A DNA stretch of 64,000 bases from Thermodesulfobacteriota bacterium (GTDB lineage: Bacteria > Desulfobacterota > Desulfobacteria > Desulfobacterales > C00003060): the NCBI GenBank assembly GCA_034189385.1, contig JAXHVD010000023.1, positions 1 to 64,000 on the forward strand. Direction: 5' to 3'. The notes beneath the pieces were generated by a model. It did not search any database. It saw only the letters and a program-made list of their open reading frames with translations, and was not told the origin of the DNA. Within the stretch, counting starts at the first letter, position 1, and every line of letters starts with the position of its first letter. Below are positions 22,294-31,958 of this stretch, in pieces. The translations under genes were made by a program, and so were the position numbers.

Positions 22294-23583
22294 TTAGGAC
22301 CGTTCAGCCAAAGACACATAGTCTCTTTGTGGGGCCCCGGTATAGATCTGGCGGGGGCGGTGCATTTTCCAGTGGCGATCGTCCATGCTCTCCTTCCATT
22401 GACTAATCCATCCGGGCAGGCGTCCTATAGCAAACATGACGGTGAACATGTTGAGCGGAATACCCATGGCCCGCAGCAACACGCCACTGTAAAAATCTAT
22501 GTTCGGATAGAGGTTGTGGTCGATGAAGTAGGGATCCTTCACCGCCACTTCTTCCAGCCTCTTGGCAAGATCTAGAAGAGGGTCTTTTTGAGTGACCTTT
22601 CCCAAGACCTTGTGGCAAATCTCCTTCATAATTCGCCCCCTTGGGTCGTAAGTCTTATAGACCCTGTGGCCGAATCCCATAAGCCGAAAAGGGTCCTTCT
22701 TGTCCTTGGCTCGGGCTATGAAGGGGGCCATATCACCTCCACTTTCGTAGATCTGGTTCAGCATTTCCACTACGGCCTGGTTGGCACCGCCATGGAGAGG
22801 CCCCCAGAGGGCACAGATGCCTGCAGAAATGGCGGCGTAGAGATTCACCTTGGCACTTCCCACCATACGGACTGCGGCGGCAGAACAGTTCTGTTCGTGG
22901 TCCGCATGGAGGATCCAGAACACATTCAACGCCTTCACAAAATCCTCGTCTATGGTGTAGGGTCGTACAGGCGAATCGAACATCATGTTCAGAAAGTTCG
23001 CCGGATACGTCAGGTCATGCCTGGGATAGACCACCCTGTGGCCCCTAAAGATCTTGTAGGACATGGCGGCCATGGTCCGTACTTTGGACAGTAACCTCGT
23101 GACCGTAATATTGATCTCTTCTTCCTCGCTTCGTTCAGGTATCTCAGGATAGAAGGCTCGCAGGGCATTGACCATGGAAGATAGGATACCCATAGGATGG
23201 GTCCACCTGGGGAAGTGCTCAAAGAACGCCCTCATGTCCTCATGGACAAGGGAGTGGTCATTTAAGAGCACCGAGAAGCTGTTTAACGCCTCCTGCGTCG
23301 GCAGCTCCCCGTTTATTAACAGGTAGACTGTCTCAACAAAGGTGGAATTCTCCGCCAGGTGCTCCACAGGAATGCCTCGATACCTGAGAATCCCTTTTTC
23401 TCCATCCACGAAGGTGATAGCGCTCCGGCAGCTGGCTGTGTTCGCGAATCCCGTATCCAATGTGACCAAACCGGTTTCCTGGCGTAGTCTGGAAATGTCG
23501 ATGGCCCTTTCCCCCTCTGACCCGGTGATAATGGGCAGTTCGAAGGTCTTGCCGTCTACCATAAGCTTTGCTGTATCTTCCAT
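22294..23583 (-). CDS. gltA: Citrate synthase (Si type); start ATG 23583
   Basis: GILRYRG, HADHEQNCS, GPLHGGAN, GFGHRVYK, YPNIDFYSG, RPRQIY. Confidence 0.96.
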   Translation of the reverse strand: MEDTAKLMVDGKTFELPIITGSEGERAIDISRLRQETGLVTLDTGFANTASCRSAITFVDGEKGILRYRGIPVEHLAENSTFVETVYLLINGELPTQEALNSFSVLLNDHSLVHEDMRAFFEHFPRWTHPMGILSSMVNALRAFYPEIPERSEEEEINITVTRLLSKVRTMAAMSYKIFRGHRVVYPRHDLTYPANFLNMMFDSPVRPYTIDEDFVKALNVFWILHADHEQNCSAAAVRMVGSAKVNLYAAISAGICALWGPLHGGANQAVVEMLNQIYESGGDMAPFIARAKDKKDPFRLMGFGHRVYKTYDPRGRIMKEICHKVLGKVTQKDPLLDLAKRLEEVAVKDPYFIDHNLYPNIDFYSGVLLRAMGIPLNMFTVMFAIGRLPGWISQWKESMDDRHWKMHRPRQIYTGAPQRDYVSLAERS

Positions 23584-23670
23584 GTCGTTATACCTCTCTC
23601 GATTTAAGGACAGCCTGGGCCATGAGAACAAATATGTAGGTGGCCCTGGCTGGAAACAAGCAGAAGGCCC

Positions 23671-25197
23671 CTATCGGTACAGACGATAGTCCACCCCGTG
23701 TCTTTTGGCCTTATAAGCGAATTTCCGCTCCGTCGTTTTTAGGATCTGAGCGGCCTTTGCCATATTACCCCGCGTGGTTTTCAATGCGTCAATAATCATT
23801 TCCCTCTCCAGGTTTGCCAACGCATCCTCCAAGGATCTCCCCAGCACGGTATCAGATTCCTCTGCCGTCTGCACAGTGGCAGGCAGGTGGTAACTGTGGA
23901 CAACCCCTTCTTCACAGATGAGCACCGCCCGCTCAATGCAATTCTCGAGCTCCCGCACATTGCCCGGCCAATGGTATTGCATGAGCATGTCAATGGCAGG
24001 CGTGGAAAAGCGGCGAATGTCTTTGTGATTCTCCTTGGCATATCGCTCCAGAAAATGGTCCGCCAGCAGCAAGATATCTGTCTTACGCTCCCTCAAAGGG
24101 GGCATATAGATGGGGAACACATTCAACCTATAATAAAGGTCCCCCCGAAACGTCTCGTCTTCCACTCCCTGCTCCAGATTCTTGTTTGTGGCAGCGATGA
24201 TGCGCACATCGACCTTGATGGTCTCGTATCCGCCGACCCGTTCGAACTCCTTTTCCTGAAGGACACGCAAGAGTTTCACCTGCACGTCCATGCCAACGGA
24301 GCCGATCTCGTCCAAGAAGATGGTCCCCTTATTGGCCAGTTCGAACTTCCCTCTCTTCTGCCGGATGGCGCCAGTAAAGGCCCCCTTCTCGTGGCCGAAG
24401 AGCTCGCTCTCAATGAGGTTGGACGGCAGGGCTGCACAGTTGACCTTCACAAAGGGACTCTTTGCCCTTAGACTGTTGTAATGGATGGCATTGGCACCCA
24501 GTTCCTTGCCGGTGCCACTCTCTCCCCGGATCAGGACGGTGGCATTGCTCTTAGATACCTGGGAGATCATCTGAAAGACCTCCCGCATCTTATTGCTATT
24601 ACCTATGATATTGGTAATACGAAACTTGCTTGAGAGCTCTTGTCGAAGTCGGCGGTTTTCTTCTCTTAACTGGTCTTTCTCCAGCTGAATGGTCTCCAGA
24701 TTGATGACATGGTGGGCAATCATCGTGGCAGTGATGGAAAGTAACCTCATCCCATCCTTTAATGAATAGTCTTTGTCAAAGGGACGGTCCACACTCAAGG
24801 CCCCCACTACCTGATTGCCCTTCTTGACAGGAACGCACATAAATGAGAGCTCTTTATCGTGGACAGCCTTTCTCGTGGCCGTGCGGTTCAAAAACAGAGG
24901 TTCCTCGCTAATCTTGGGCACCACCAGTGCGCTTCCCGTTTCAATCACACGGCCCGTAATCCCTTCGCCCATCTTGTATTTGCCTTTTGCCATGGCAGCC
25001 TTGGAAAGGCCGTGGGCGACCTCAATGCTGATCTCATTTCGCAGGGGGTTGAGAATGGTAATGGTCCCCCGTTCCATCTCCAAGGAACTAGAAAGAAGGT
25101 CTAAGACCTTATAAAGGGAATTTTTTAGGTCCAGGCTAACGTTAAGGACCTTGCTGATTTCATACAAAAAGGTGACTTCTTCCAGTGTCTTCAACAC
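23671..25197 (-). CDS. NifA-like sigma54-dependent activator (GAF-AAA+-HTH)
   Basis: N-terminal GAF ([16 protein letters not shown]), [19 protein letters not shown]-like [15 protein letters not shown], Fis-type HTH. Confidence 0.92.
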   Translation of the reverse strand: MLKTLEEVTFLYEISKVLNVSLDLKNSLYKVLDLLSSSLEMERGTITILNPLRNEISIEVAHGLSKAAMAKGKYKMGEGITGRVIETGSALVVPKISEEPLFLNRTATRKAVHDKELSFMCVPVKKGNQVVGALSVDRPFDKDYSLKDGMRLLSITATMIAHHVINLETIQLEKDQLREENRRLRQELSSKFRITNIIGNSNKMREVFQMISQVSKSNATVLIRGESGTGKELGANAIHYNSLRAKSPFVKVNCAALPSNLIESELFGHEKGAFTGAIRQKRGKFELANKGTIFLDEIGSVGMDVQVKLLRVLQEKEFERVGGYETIKVDVRIIAATNKNLEQGVEDETFRGDLYYRLNVFPIYMPPLRERKTDILLLADHFLERYAKENHKDIRRFSTPAIDMLMQYHWPGNVRELENCIERAVLICEEGVVHSYHLPATVQTAEESDTVLGRSLEDALANLEREMIIDALKTTRGNMAKAAQILKTTERKFAYKAKRHGVDYRLYR

Positions 25198-25901
25198 GAC
25201 CTCTTTGTCTATTATGCCTCTACAAGGACCGCTTCCGCAAAAAGAGGCTCAACCCCTTTGAAAAACCGAAGAAAGATCACAATGAACGCTCGAAAGAGTG
25301 ATCGAAAGGTCTTCTGGCTTGAGTTATGTGACTGCCATCCGTCAGGCTGGGAGGGCCTCTTTACCGTCTGTCCTCGCCAGACCTGTCAGAGGATACAAGA
25401 CCATGGGTGAATGGGACCCAACTATATGTCAGCCCCTGCTCATTGTCAATGTATGGACAGGCCTACTACAAGCCTTTGCAGTGTTTTTCTATCCCTATCG
25501 CCTCCCCAAAAGGCTCGTTTCTGCCCTGTTTTTTGGCCCTTCAACTCCGGCTGCGGGGGAGTGCATTGGAGACTCACGCTAGTGTGGTGTCTCAGCAATA
25601 CCCTTAAAAAGTAGCGTGTCGCCATCAAGCCACCTTGGAACGAGCACTGGTTCAAATTCTCATTCATTTTTTTGGCGAAACCTCCGATACTTTGTGATAA
25701 AATAATAAAATTTGGGTTGGGCCCGTCCATGGGAGACGGGCTAGAAGGACTTTTTTTGTCTGACGGCTTTTTCTTTTGTCATGTTCCGCGCTATTTCTTC
25801 ATCTTGAGGATTTCCACAGGGTTGATGCTTAAGCTACTGCCTATGGAAAAAGAAGGGGCAATCCTCGTGTACTGTCTGGAGACAAAATGGGAACAGGCGC
25901 C

Positions 25902-27878
25902 ATGAGACCCAGAGAGAGGATAGGCGTCTATATTTGTGAATGCGGGCCGAACATTAAAGAGGCCGTCCATATAGACGACGTCGTCCACTTCGCACAGGGC
26001 CTGGAAGACGTTATTTTTGCCAAGGTTTTCGGCTTGCTGTGTTCCAGCGAAGGCAAAGAGCTCATCGCCAGAGACATTAAGGCTCAGAAACTGACCAGGG
26101 TGGTCATTGCGGCTTGCTCCCCCAAAGAGCATGAGATGACTTTTAGGCAAGCCCTAGAGAAGGGGGGCCTTAACCCCTTTCTTTTGCAGATGGCCAACAT
26201 TAGAGAGCAATGTGCCTGGGTGATAGACGATAAAGACCTGGCCACGGAAAAGTCAAAGGCCATGATTGCCGCAGCAATTCAAAGGGTTGTCTATCACGAA
26301 CCCCTTGAGACCAGAGAGATAACATGCCAGGCCGACGTCCTGGTAGTAGGGGCTGGCGTGGCCGGGATAAGTGCTGCCCTGGCACTGGCCCAGAAGAGAA
26401 GAAAAGTCTATCTGGTGGAAAAGTCGCCCTGCATTGGAGGAAAGGTGGCACGGTACGAAGAGATCTTTCCTCATCTGGAGTGCGCTTCTTGTGTGCTTGA
26501 TCCCATCTTAGATGAAGTATTGCATCATGACCATATAGAGGTCCTCACGCTTAGTGAGCCCCAAGAGGCCCTGGGGTTCTATGGAAATTTCGTGGTCAAG
26601 GTACACAAGAAGGCAAGATACATCAATGCCGAAACGTGCATCGGCTGCGGGGCCTGCGTGGAGGTTTGTCCGGTCAAGGTGGCAAATGAGTACAACGAGG
26701 GACTCGATGAGCGAAAGGCTGTCTACATCCCTTATGCAGGTGCCCTGCCGAATGTGGCAGTTATAGACTGGGAACATTGTCTTCGGGGGCAAGGCGAGGC
26801 GTGCCATGCCTGCAAGGAGGCCTGTCCCTTCGGTTGTGTCGACTATGAAGAAAAGGATCAAATCCTAGCGTTGAAGGTCGGCGCCATCGTCCTTGCCACG
26901 GGATTTGACATCTTTGATCCGAGGAAGGCTCCTCAGTACGGATATGGGGAGATTGAAGGTATCTATACCAGCCTTGAATTTGAAAGACTGTTAAGTTCCA
27001 CAGGCCCCACGGAGGGCCAGCTCTTGTTGAAAAATGGCACCCCTCCTCACAACATCGCCCTGGTCCATTGTGTTGGTTCAAGGACCAGCAGGTTCTATAC
27101 ACATTGTTCCGGGGTCTGCTGTATGTATTCACTAAAATTTGCCCATCAAGCCATGGAAAAATTGCCAGGGGTTTCCATTAAGGAGTTTTACTCCGATCTG
27201 TGCTTATGGGGTAAGGAATCACAAGGCTTTTTCAACAGGGTCTCCCAAGAAAATGGCATAGAACTGATGCGTATGCAGGGACCTGATGCCATAGAGATGG
27301 TCGAAAAGGATGGACACATTTTGATCAAATATACCGATGTCTGTGGAGCGGTCCAAGAAACGCCCTCTGATATGGTGGTGTTGGCCCCGGCCATGGAAGG
27401 GGCCACCGGGGCACAGCAATTGGCCGAAATCTTTGACATATCCCAGGGCAAAGAGGGCTTTTTTGTGGAAGAACACGCCACAGTGGCGCCTGTGTCAACG
27501 GCCCGGGACGGGGTGTTTCTTGCAGGCTGTGCCAGGGGGCCAGAGGATATCCCAGGCTCTGTCACAGAGGGCCAGGCCGCTGCAGGGGCCATTCTGTCAC
27601 GTCTTATCCCCGGGGAGAAGTTGGCCCTTGAGCCCATGACGGCGGAGCTAGATGAGGGCCTTTGTTCTGGGTGCAAAATATGTGTTGGCCTTTGTCCTTA
27701 CAGGGCCATCACATACGATGATATCAGAAAACGGATTACCATCAATGAAGTGCTGTGCAGGGGCTGTGGCGTCTGTCCCGCGGCCTGTCCCAGCGGAGCC
27801 ATCAAGGCCCACCATTTTACGGATATGGAGATTTGTGCTGAGATAGAAGGGCTCTTTCAAGAGGCACTGGACAGGTGA
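25902..27878 (+). CDS. hdrA: Heterodisulfide reductase subunit A-like flavoprotein (single FAD); start probably ATG 25902
   Basis: IGVYICECG, ACSP, ANIREQCAW, GAGVAG, LEFER, HCVGSR, CSGVCCMYSLK, inserted and C-terminal ferredoxin domains. Confidence 0.93.
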   Translation: MRPRERIGVYICECGPNIKEAVHIDDVVHFAQGLEDVIFAKVFGLLCSSEGKELIARDIKAQKLTRVVIAACSPKEHEMTFRQALEKGGLNPFLLQMANIREQCAWVIDDKDLATEKSKAMIAAAIQRVVYHEPLETREITCQADVLVVGAGVAGISAALALAQKRRKVYLVEKSPCIGGKVARYEEIFPHLECASCVLDPILDEVLHHDHIEVLTLSEPQEALGFYGNFVVKVHKKARYINAETCIGCGACVEVCPVKVANEYNEGLDERKAVYIPYAGALPNVAVIDWEHCLRGQGEACHACKEACPFGCVDYEEKDQILALKVGAIVLATGFDIFDPRKAPQYGYGEIEGIYTSLEFERLLSSTGPTEGQLLLKNGTPPHNIALVHCVGSRTSRFYTHCSGVCCMYSLKFAHQAMEKLPGVSIKEFYSDLCLWGKESQGFFNRVSQENGIELMRMQGPDAIEMVEKDGHILIKYTDVCGAVQETPSDMVVLAPAMEGATGAQQLAEIFDISQGKEGFFVEEHATVAPVSTARDGVFLAGCARGPEDIPGSVTEGQAAAGAILSRLIPGEKLALEPMTAELDEGLCSGCKICVGLCPYRAITYDDIRKRITINEVLCRGCGVCPAACPSGAIKAHHFTDMEICAEIEGLFQEALDR

Positions 27879-27881
27879 GAG

Positions 27882-28292
27882 ATGAAGGGCTTTGAACCCA
27901 AGATTGTCGGGTTTCTCTGTAACTGGTGTTCTTACGAGGGCGCCGATGCTGCGGGCAGGGCGCGAAAATCTTATCCGGCAAACCTCCGGGTCGTAAAGGT
28001 GATGTGTAGCGGAAGGACGGATCCCCAATTCATCCTGCAGGCATTTAAGGTTGGCGCCGACGGGGTCCTTATCCTAGGGTGTCACCCTGGGGACTGTCAC
28101 TACAAAGAAGGCAATCTTCAGACACTCAAGAGATACGCGGTGTTGAAGGAGATGCTTCCACAGCTGGGCATAGAATCAGAGAGGTTGAGGCTTGACTGGA
28201 TCTCCGCTAGCGAGGGAGACAAGTTCGCTCAGGTGGTCTCTGACATGGTTGAACAAGTCAGGCAGCTTGGGCCTCTGGTGCGCCCATCATGA
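27882..28292 (+). CDS. mvhD: MvhD / FlxD-like 2Fe-2S subunit
   Basis: FLCNWCSY, VMCSGR, GCHPGDCHY, WISASEG. Confidence 0.93.
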   Translation: MKGFEPKIVGFLCNWCSYEGADAAGRARKSYPANLRVVKVMCSGRTDPQFILQAFKVGADGVLILGCHPGDCHYKEGNLQTLKRYAVLKEMLPQLGIESERLRLDWISASEGDKFAQVVSDMVEQVRQLGPLVRPS

Positions 28293-28350
28293 CGAGGCCT
28301 CTCGTGTCAGGTTCTGTTCTGGAGGTCTTTTTTTTCGGGGTTCGTAACAT

Positions 28351-29322
28351 ATGAGTAAGAAACAAAAAATCGCCTTTTATTGGTGTTCAAGCTGCGGCGG
28401 GTGCGAGGAATCGGTCATCGATTTGGGCCAGGATATCCTAAAGGTGGCTGGGGCTGTAGAAATCGTTTTTTGGCCGGTGGCCATGGATTTCAAATATGCC
28501 GATCTTGCCGCAATTCACGACAACGAGATTGCCGTCACGCTGATCAACGGATCCATCAGGACCGATGAACAGGAGCATATGGCCAAGGTATTGCGAAAGA
28601 AGTCCAAATTGCTCATGGCGCACGGAAGCTGTGCCCATTTGGGTGGCATCGTGGGGTTGGCGAATTTTTTTGAAGCTGCTGAGGTATTGGGCAGGTCCTA
28701 CAAAGAGGTCCCGTCAGTCCATAATCCTCAAGGGGTACTGCCCCAGAAAAAGAAAGTGGAATCGGGAAGGGAGCTCACACTTCCAGGTTTCCATGATACG
28801 GTCAGGACCCTGGACCAGACAGTACCGGTGGATTACTACATCCCTGGTTGTCCTCCAACACCGGAGCTCGTCAAGGATGCGATCATGATGGTGTTAGAGG
28901 ACAGACTTCCCCCCAGGGGAAGCGTGTTGGCTGACAGGAAAGCACTGTGCGAGACATGTCCTCGAAGAGATAGCAGGCCTGACAAGGTGAAGATAAGTGC
29001 CCTGCGGAGGGTCTACGAAATAGAATGGGATCCTCATCGGTGTTTCTTGGACCAGGGTATTATCTGCCTGGGCCCCGCTACAAGGGGGGGCTGCATGGCG
29101 CGGTGCATCCAGGCAAACATGCCCTGTCGGGGTTGCTTTGGACCGACGGACAATGTCCTGGACCAGGGGGCAAAGTGTGTCTCTTTTCTGGCGGCTATCC
29201 TTGATTCAACGGACGAGGAGGAATTGCAGACGATGGCAAAGGCCATTCCTGATCCTGCTGGATTGTTCTACAGATACAGCCTTCCGTCGTCACTTCTCAG
29301 AAGGAAGGTAAGCATTTGGTAA
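28351..29322 (+). CDS. mvhG: F420-non-reducing [NiFe] hydrogenase small subunit
   Basis: CSSCGGCEES, GSCAHLGG, PGCPP, CLGPATRGGC, PCRGCFG. Confidence 0.92.
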   Translation: MSKKQKIAFYWCSSCGGCEESVIDLGQDILKVAGAVEIVFWPVAMDFKYADLAAIHDNEIAVTLINGSIRTDEQEHMAKVLRKKSKLLMAHGSCAHLGGIVGLANFFEAAEVLGRSYKEVPSVHNPQGVLPQKKKVESGRELTLPGFHDTVRTLDQTVPVDYYIPGCPPTPELVKDAIMMVLEDRLPPRGSVLADRKALCETCPRRDSRPDKVKISALRRVYEIEWDPHRCFLDQGIICLGPATRGGCMARCIQANMPCRGCFGPTDNVLDQGAKCVSFLAAILDSTDEEELQTMAKAIPDPAGLFYRYSLPSSLLRRKVSIW

Positions 29323-29520
29323 CGTTCAAAAGTTTAGGCAAAGCGTCTTAGCAGGCAGTTAATAAGGATAGGGAGGATCGCTGAACGTAGGCATACAGCC
29401 ATTTCCATCCACACCAATGGGATGGGCGACTTAAAGGCATTGGATGGCGAAGAGAAGCGAATCGCCCTATCCCGAATGTCTATTCAGAGAAATAGACTGT
29501 CACAACTTCTGAACGTTATG
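29318..29520. mobile_element. MITE family A, copy 2 (203 bp), inserted at the mvhG stop codon
   Basis: Ends GGTAACGTTCAAAAGTT...AACTTCTGAACGTTATG; perfect 8-bp TSD AAGCATTT at 29310-29317 and 29521-29528. Confidence 0.88.
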
Positions 29521-29597
29521 AAGCATTTAGTTGTTCGCAAGACAGAGTTTTTGAAAGTGCTTATAATGTTACAAAGAAAGATAAACGGACGGAGCTT

Positions 29598-31052
29598 ATG
29601 AGTCGACGTATCACCATTGACCCCATAACAAGATTGGAAGGCCACGGCAAGATTGATGTCTTTCTTGACGGCAACGGCGATGTAGAACGTGCCTATTTGC
29701 AGGTGCCGGAATACAGAGGTTTTGAGAAGTTCTGCGAGGGAAGGGCCGCAGAAGAAATGCCCACGCTTACGCAGAAGATTTGCGGGGTCTGCCCCACGGC
29801 CCACCATATTGCCTCTGTTAAGGCATTGGATGATCTTTTTGCGGTGGAGCCGCCTCCTGCTGCCATAAAGATACGGGAGCTCATGCACAATGCATTTGTT
29901 TTTGAGGATCATCTGTTACACTTCTTTTTTCTAGGAGGCCCAGATTTTCTGGTCGGCCCTGAGGCCCCCAGTGCTGAGAGAAACATCCTTGGCGTTATAG
30001 GCAAAGTGGGCCTGGAAATGGGAAAGAAGATCATTGACATACGGGAAAGAGTGCGGGCTGTGAATGGGACCATTAGCGGCGGTGCCCTTTATCCTGTTTG
30101 TGGCCTTCCAGGCGGCGTTTCAAAGCCTCTTACCGAGCAAGAGAAGGCAGAAATAGCGGGGGTGGCAGAAGATGCCGTGGGGTTTGCGATACTTGCATTG
30201 GAGATATTCCGCGACAAGGTCCTCAAGGACAAAAGGTATGCTGAATGGCTAACGGATGACCTCTTCTCCCATAGAACCTATTACATGGGCCTAGTGGATA
30301 GTGACGGGAAGGTAAATTTCTACGATGGGAAGATCAGGGTCGTCGATCCCGACGGAAAGGTGTTTGTAGCCTTTGAGGTAAATGACTATTTGAAGCACCT
30401 GGAGGAACGGGTTGAACCATGGAGCTACATGAAAATGCTCTATTTGAAAGGCATCGGCTGGAAGGGGTTCGTTGATGGGAAAGACAGTGGGGTGTACCGC
30501 GTTGGCCCCCTTGCACGCTTGAATGCCGCTGACGGCATGGCCACGCCTTTGGCTGAGGCCGAATACGAGAAGATGTTTGATCTCTTTTCAGGCAAACCTG
30601 TCCACAACACCTTGGCCTACCATTGGGCCAGGCTTATCGAGGTCTTATATGCAGCGGAAAGGATGGTACAACTCGCCAAGGATGAAGAACTCACCGATGC
30701 CAAGGTGAGAAATCTGCCCAGTCAGACTCCCAAGGAGGGCTTCGGAGTCTGTGAAGCCCCCAGAGGCACTCTTTTTCACCATTACGAAACAGACGACAGG
30801 GCAATCATAGAGAAACTGAACCTATTGGTTGGTACGCAAAACAGCGCCGCAGCCATTTGTATGTCCATCGAAAAGGCCGCCTGTGCCTTGATAAAGGGCG
30901 GCAAGGTCTCGGATAGCACACGAAATATCATAGAGATGGCATACCGAGCTTATGATCCCTGTCTCGCCTGCGCCACCCACTGGATTGAAGGAAAGCGGGC
31001 AGGGATGATTCACATATACAACCATGAACAGGAATTGATACAGGTCCTTTAA
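29598..31052 (+). CDS. mvhA: [NiFe] hydrogenase large subunit, group 3c-like
   Basis: TRLEGH, RGFEKF, L1 QKICGVC, EAPRGTL, L2 YDPCLACATH plus a C-terminal extension. Confidence 0.93.
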   Translation: MSRRITIDPITRLEGHGKIDVFLDGNGDVERAYLQVPEYRGFEKFCEGRAAEEMPTLTQKICGVCPTAHHIASVKALDDLFAVEPPPAAIKIRELMHNAFVFEDHLLHFFFLGGPDFLVGPEAPSAERNILGVIGKVGLEMGKKIIDIRERVRAVNGTISGGALYPVCGLPGGVSKPLTEQEKAEIAGVAEDAVGFAILALEIFRDKVLKDKRYAEWLTDDLFSHRTYYMGLVDSDGKVNFYDGKIRVVDPDGKVFVAFEVNDYLKHLEERVEPWSYMKMLYLKGIGWKGFVDGKDSGVYRVGPLARLNAADGMATPLAEAEYEKMFDLFSGKPVHNTLAYHWARLIEVLYAAERMVQLAKDEELTDAKVRNLPSQTPKEGFGVCEAPRGTLFHHYETDDRAIIEKLNLLVGTQNSAAAICMSIEKAACALIKGGKVSDSTRNIIEMAYRAYDPCLACATHWIEGKRAGMIHIYNHEQELIQVL

Positions 31053-31075
31053 CAAAATACCTAAAGCGAGGAGAG

Positions 31076-31306
31076 ATGATTATGGCGGTAGAAGTCTTGG
31101 ATACTCTTGGTTTGAAATGCCCGCAGCCGGTTCTAAAAATAGCGGTGAAGGCCCCGGACATGAAGCCCGGTGACATTCTGGAAATACTAGGGGACTGCCC
31201 AACCTTTGAGAAGGATGTGCGTACCTGGTGCGAGCGGCTCGGCAAGCTTTTCCTCTCCATTAAGGATGAAGGGGGGGACCAAAAGCGCATCCAGATACAG
31301 TTCTAG
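31076..31306 (+). CDS. TusA/SirA family sulfur carrier
   Basis: LDTLGLKCPQPVL, PGDILEILGD. Confidence 0.9.
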   Translation: MIMAVEVLDTLGLKCPQPVLKIAVKAPDMKPGDILEILGDCPTFEKDVRTWCERLGKLFLSIKDEGGDQKRIQIQF

Positions 31307-31545
31307 GAATTTAGGCGCCACGCCTCCTTTTCTCCCAGGGGAGGAGGCTAAAAACGATCTTTAGAACCATGGCCAACCAAAGGGGCTCTGGGCTGGCGCA
31401 GATACAAAGGACGGGGACTCTTTTCCCCGATGGTATGAAAAAGGCCTGCCACGAGTTGGAAATCCAGGCTGAAGAACGAAGGGCAACGCCACCAGGGCCA
31501 ATCCCTTTCTTAAGCAGGAGATTGCTGCGTGGAGGCGTGGCACCA

Positions 31546-31605
31546 GATACGACGGGCTGTGGAGATGTCTTCCATGGGGGCTTCATCTATGGTGTGGTGC
31601 AAAAG
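31546..31605 (+). pseudogene. Fragment of a PfkB-family carbohydrate kinase
   Basis: DTTGCGDVFHGGFIYG matches the PfkB C-terminal signature; there is no room for a full gene. Confidence 0.65.
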
Positions 31606-31958
31606 ATTCCTTCCTGGTCCAGACCGGGTTCTTATAAGGCACCGGTCACTATTTTCCTGTTACGCCAAGGCCGGACGCAATCTCCTTGGCAAGACAGGGT
31701 TTTTGAAAACGCTTGTGTTTGACGAAAAAGCCAACGACAGAACCACGGACGCTCTAAAAACACGAAGCCACGCCTCGTTATAAGGGGCAAGCTGCGAGGC
31801 ACGAAAAGGGGGAAGCCTGGACCAACTGAAAGACCTGGTTGACAGTTACATAAGCCATCCATACAATGGGTTGACAAAGGCTGAAGGTGCTATACGGCAT
31901 CTTCACGGGGGCACTCCATGGGTTATTAAAACACTCTTCGTTACAAGGGCTTTTTCTT

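Noticed and set aside
23671..25197. Assigning the symbol nifA and inferring nitrogen fixation
   Set aside because: No nif structural genes or clear TGT-N10-ACA sites were seen; domain architecture alone is insufficient.
25198..25209. Single ANTAR-like hairpin GAC-AAAGAG-GTC over the RBS of the NifA-like gene
   Set aside because: No convincing second hexaloop hairpin, only a 3-bp stem, and a nearby CATAAT -10 box would start transcription inside it.
25300..25450. AGCCAGAAGACC on the minus strand, resembling the 3' end of a cobalamin riboswitch
   Set aside because: The upstream conserved blocks (GGGAA, GCxACTG, GCCACTG, GGGAAG) are absent, and the downstream gene is unrelated to B12.
27882..31052. 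Possible selenocysteine in MvhD or MvhA (NiFeSe hydrogenase)
   Set aside because: All the usual positions are Cys codons (CNWC, GCH, DPCLAC).
31632..31785. TTATAAGG direct repeats around about 140 bp, a possible insertion
   Set aside because: No convincing terminal inverted repeats and no second copy in the window.
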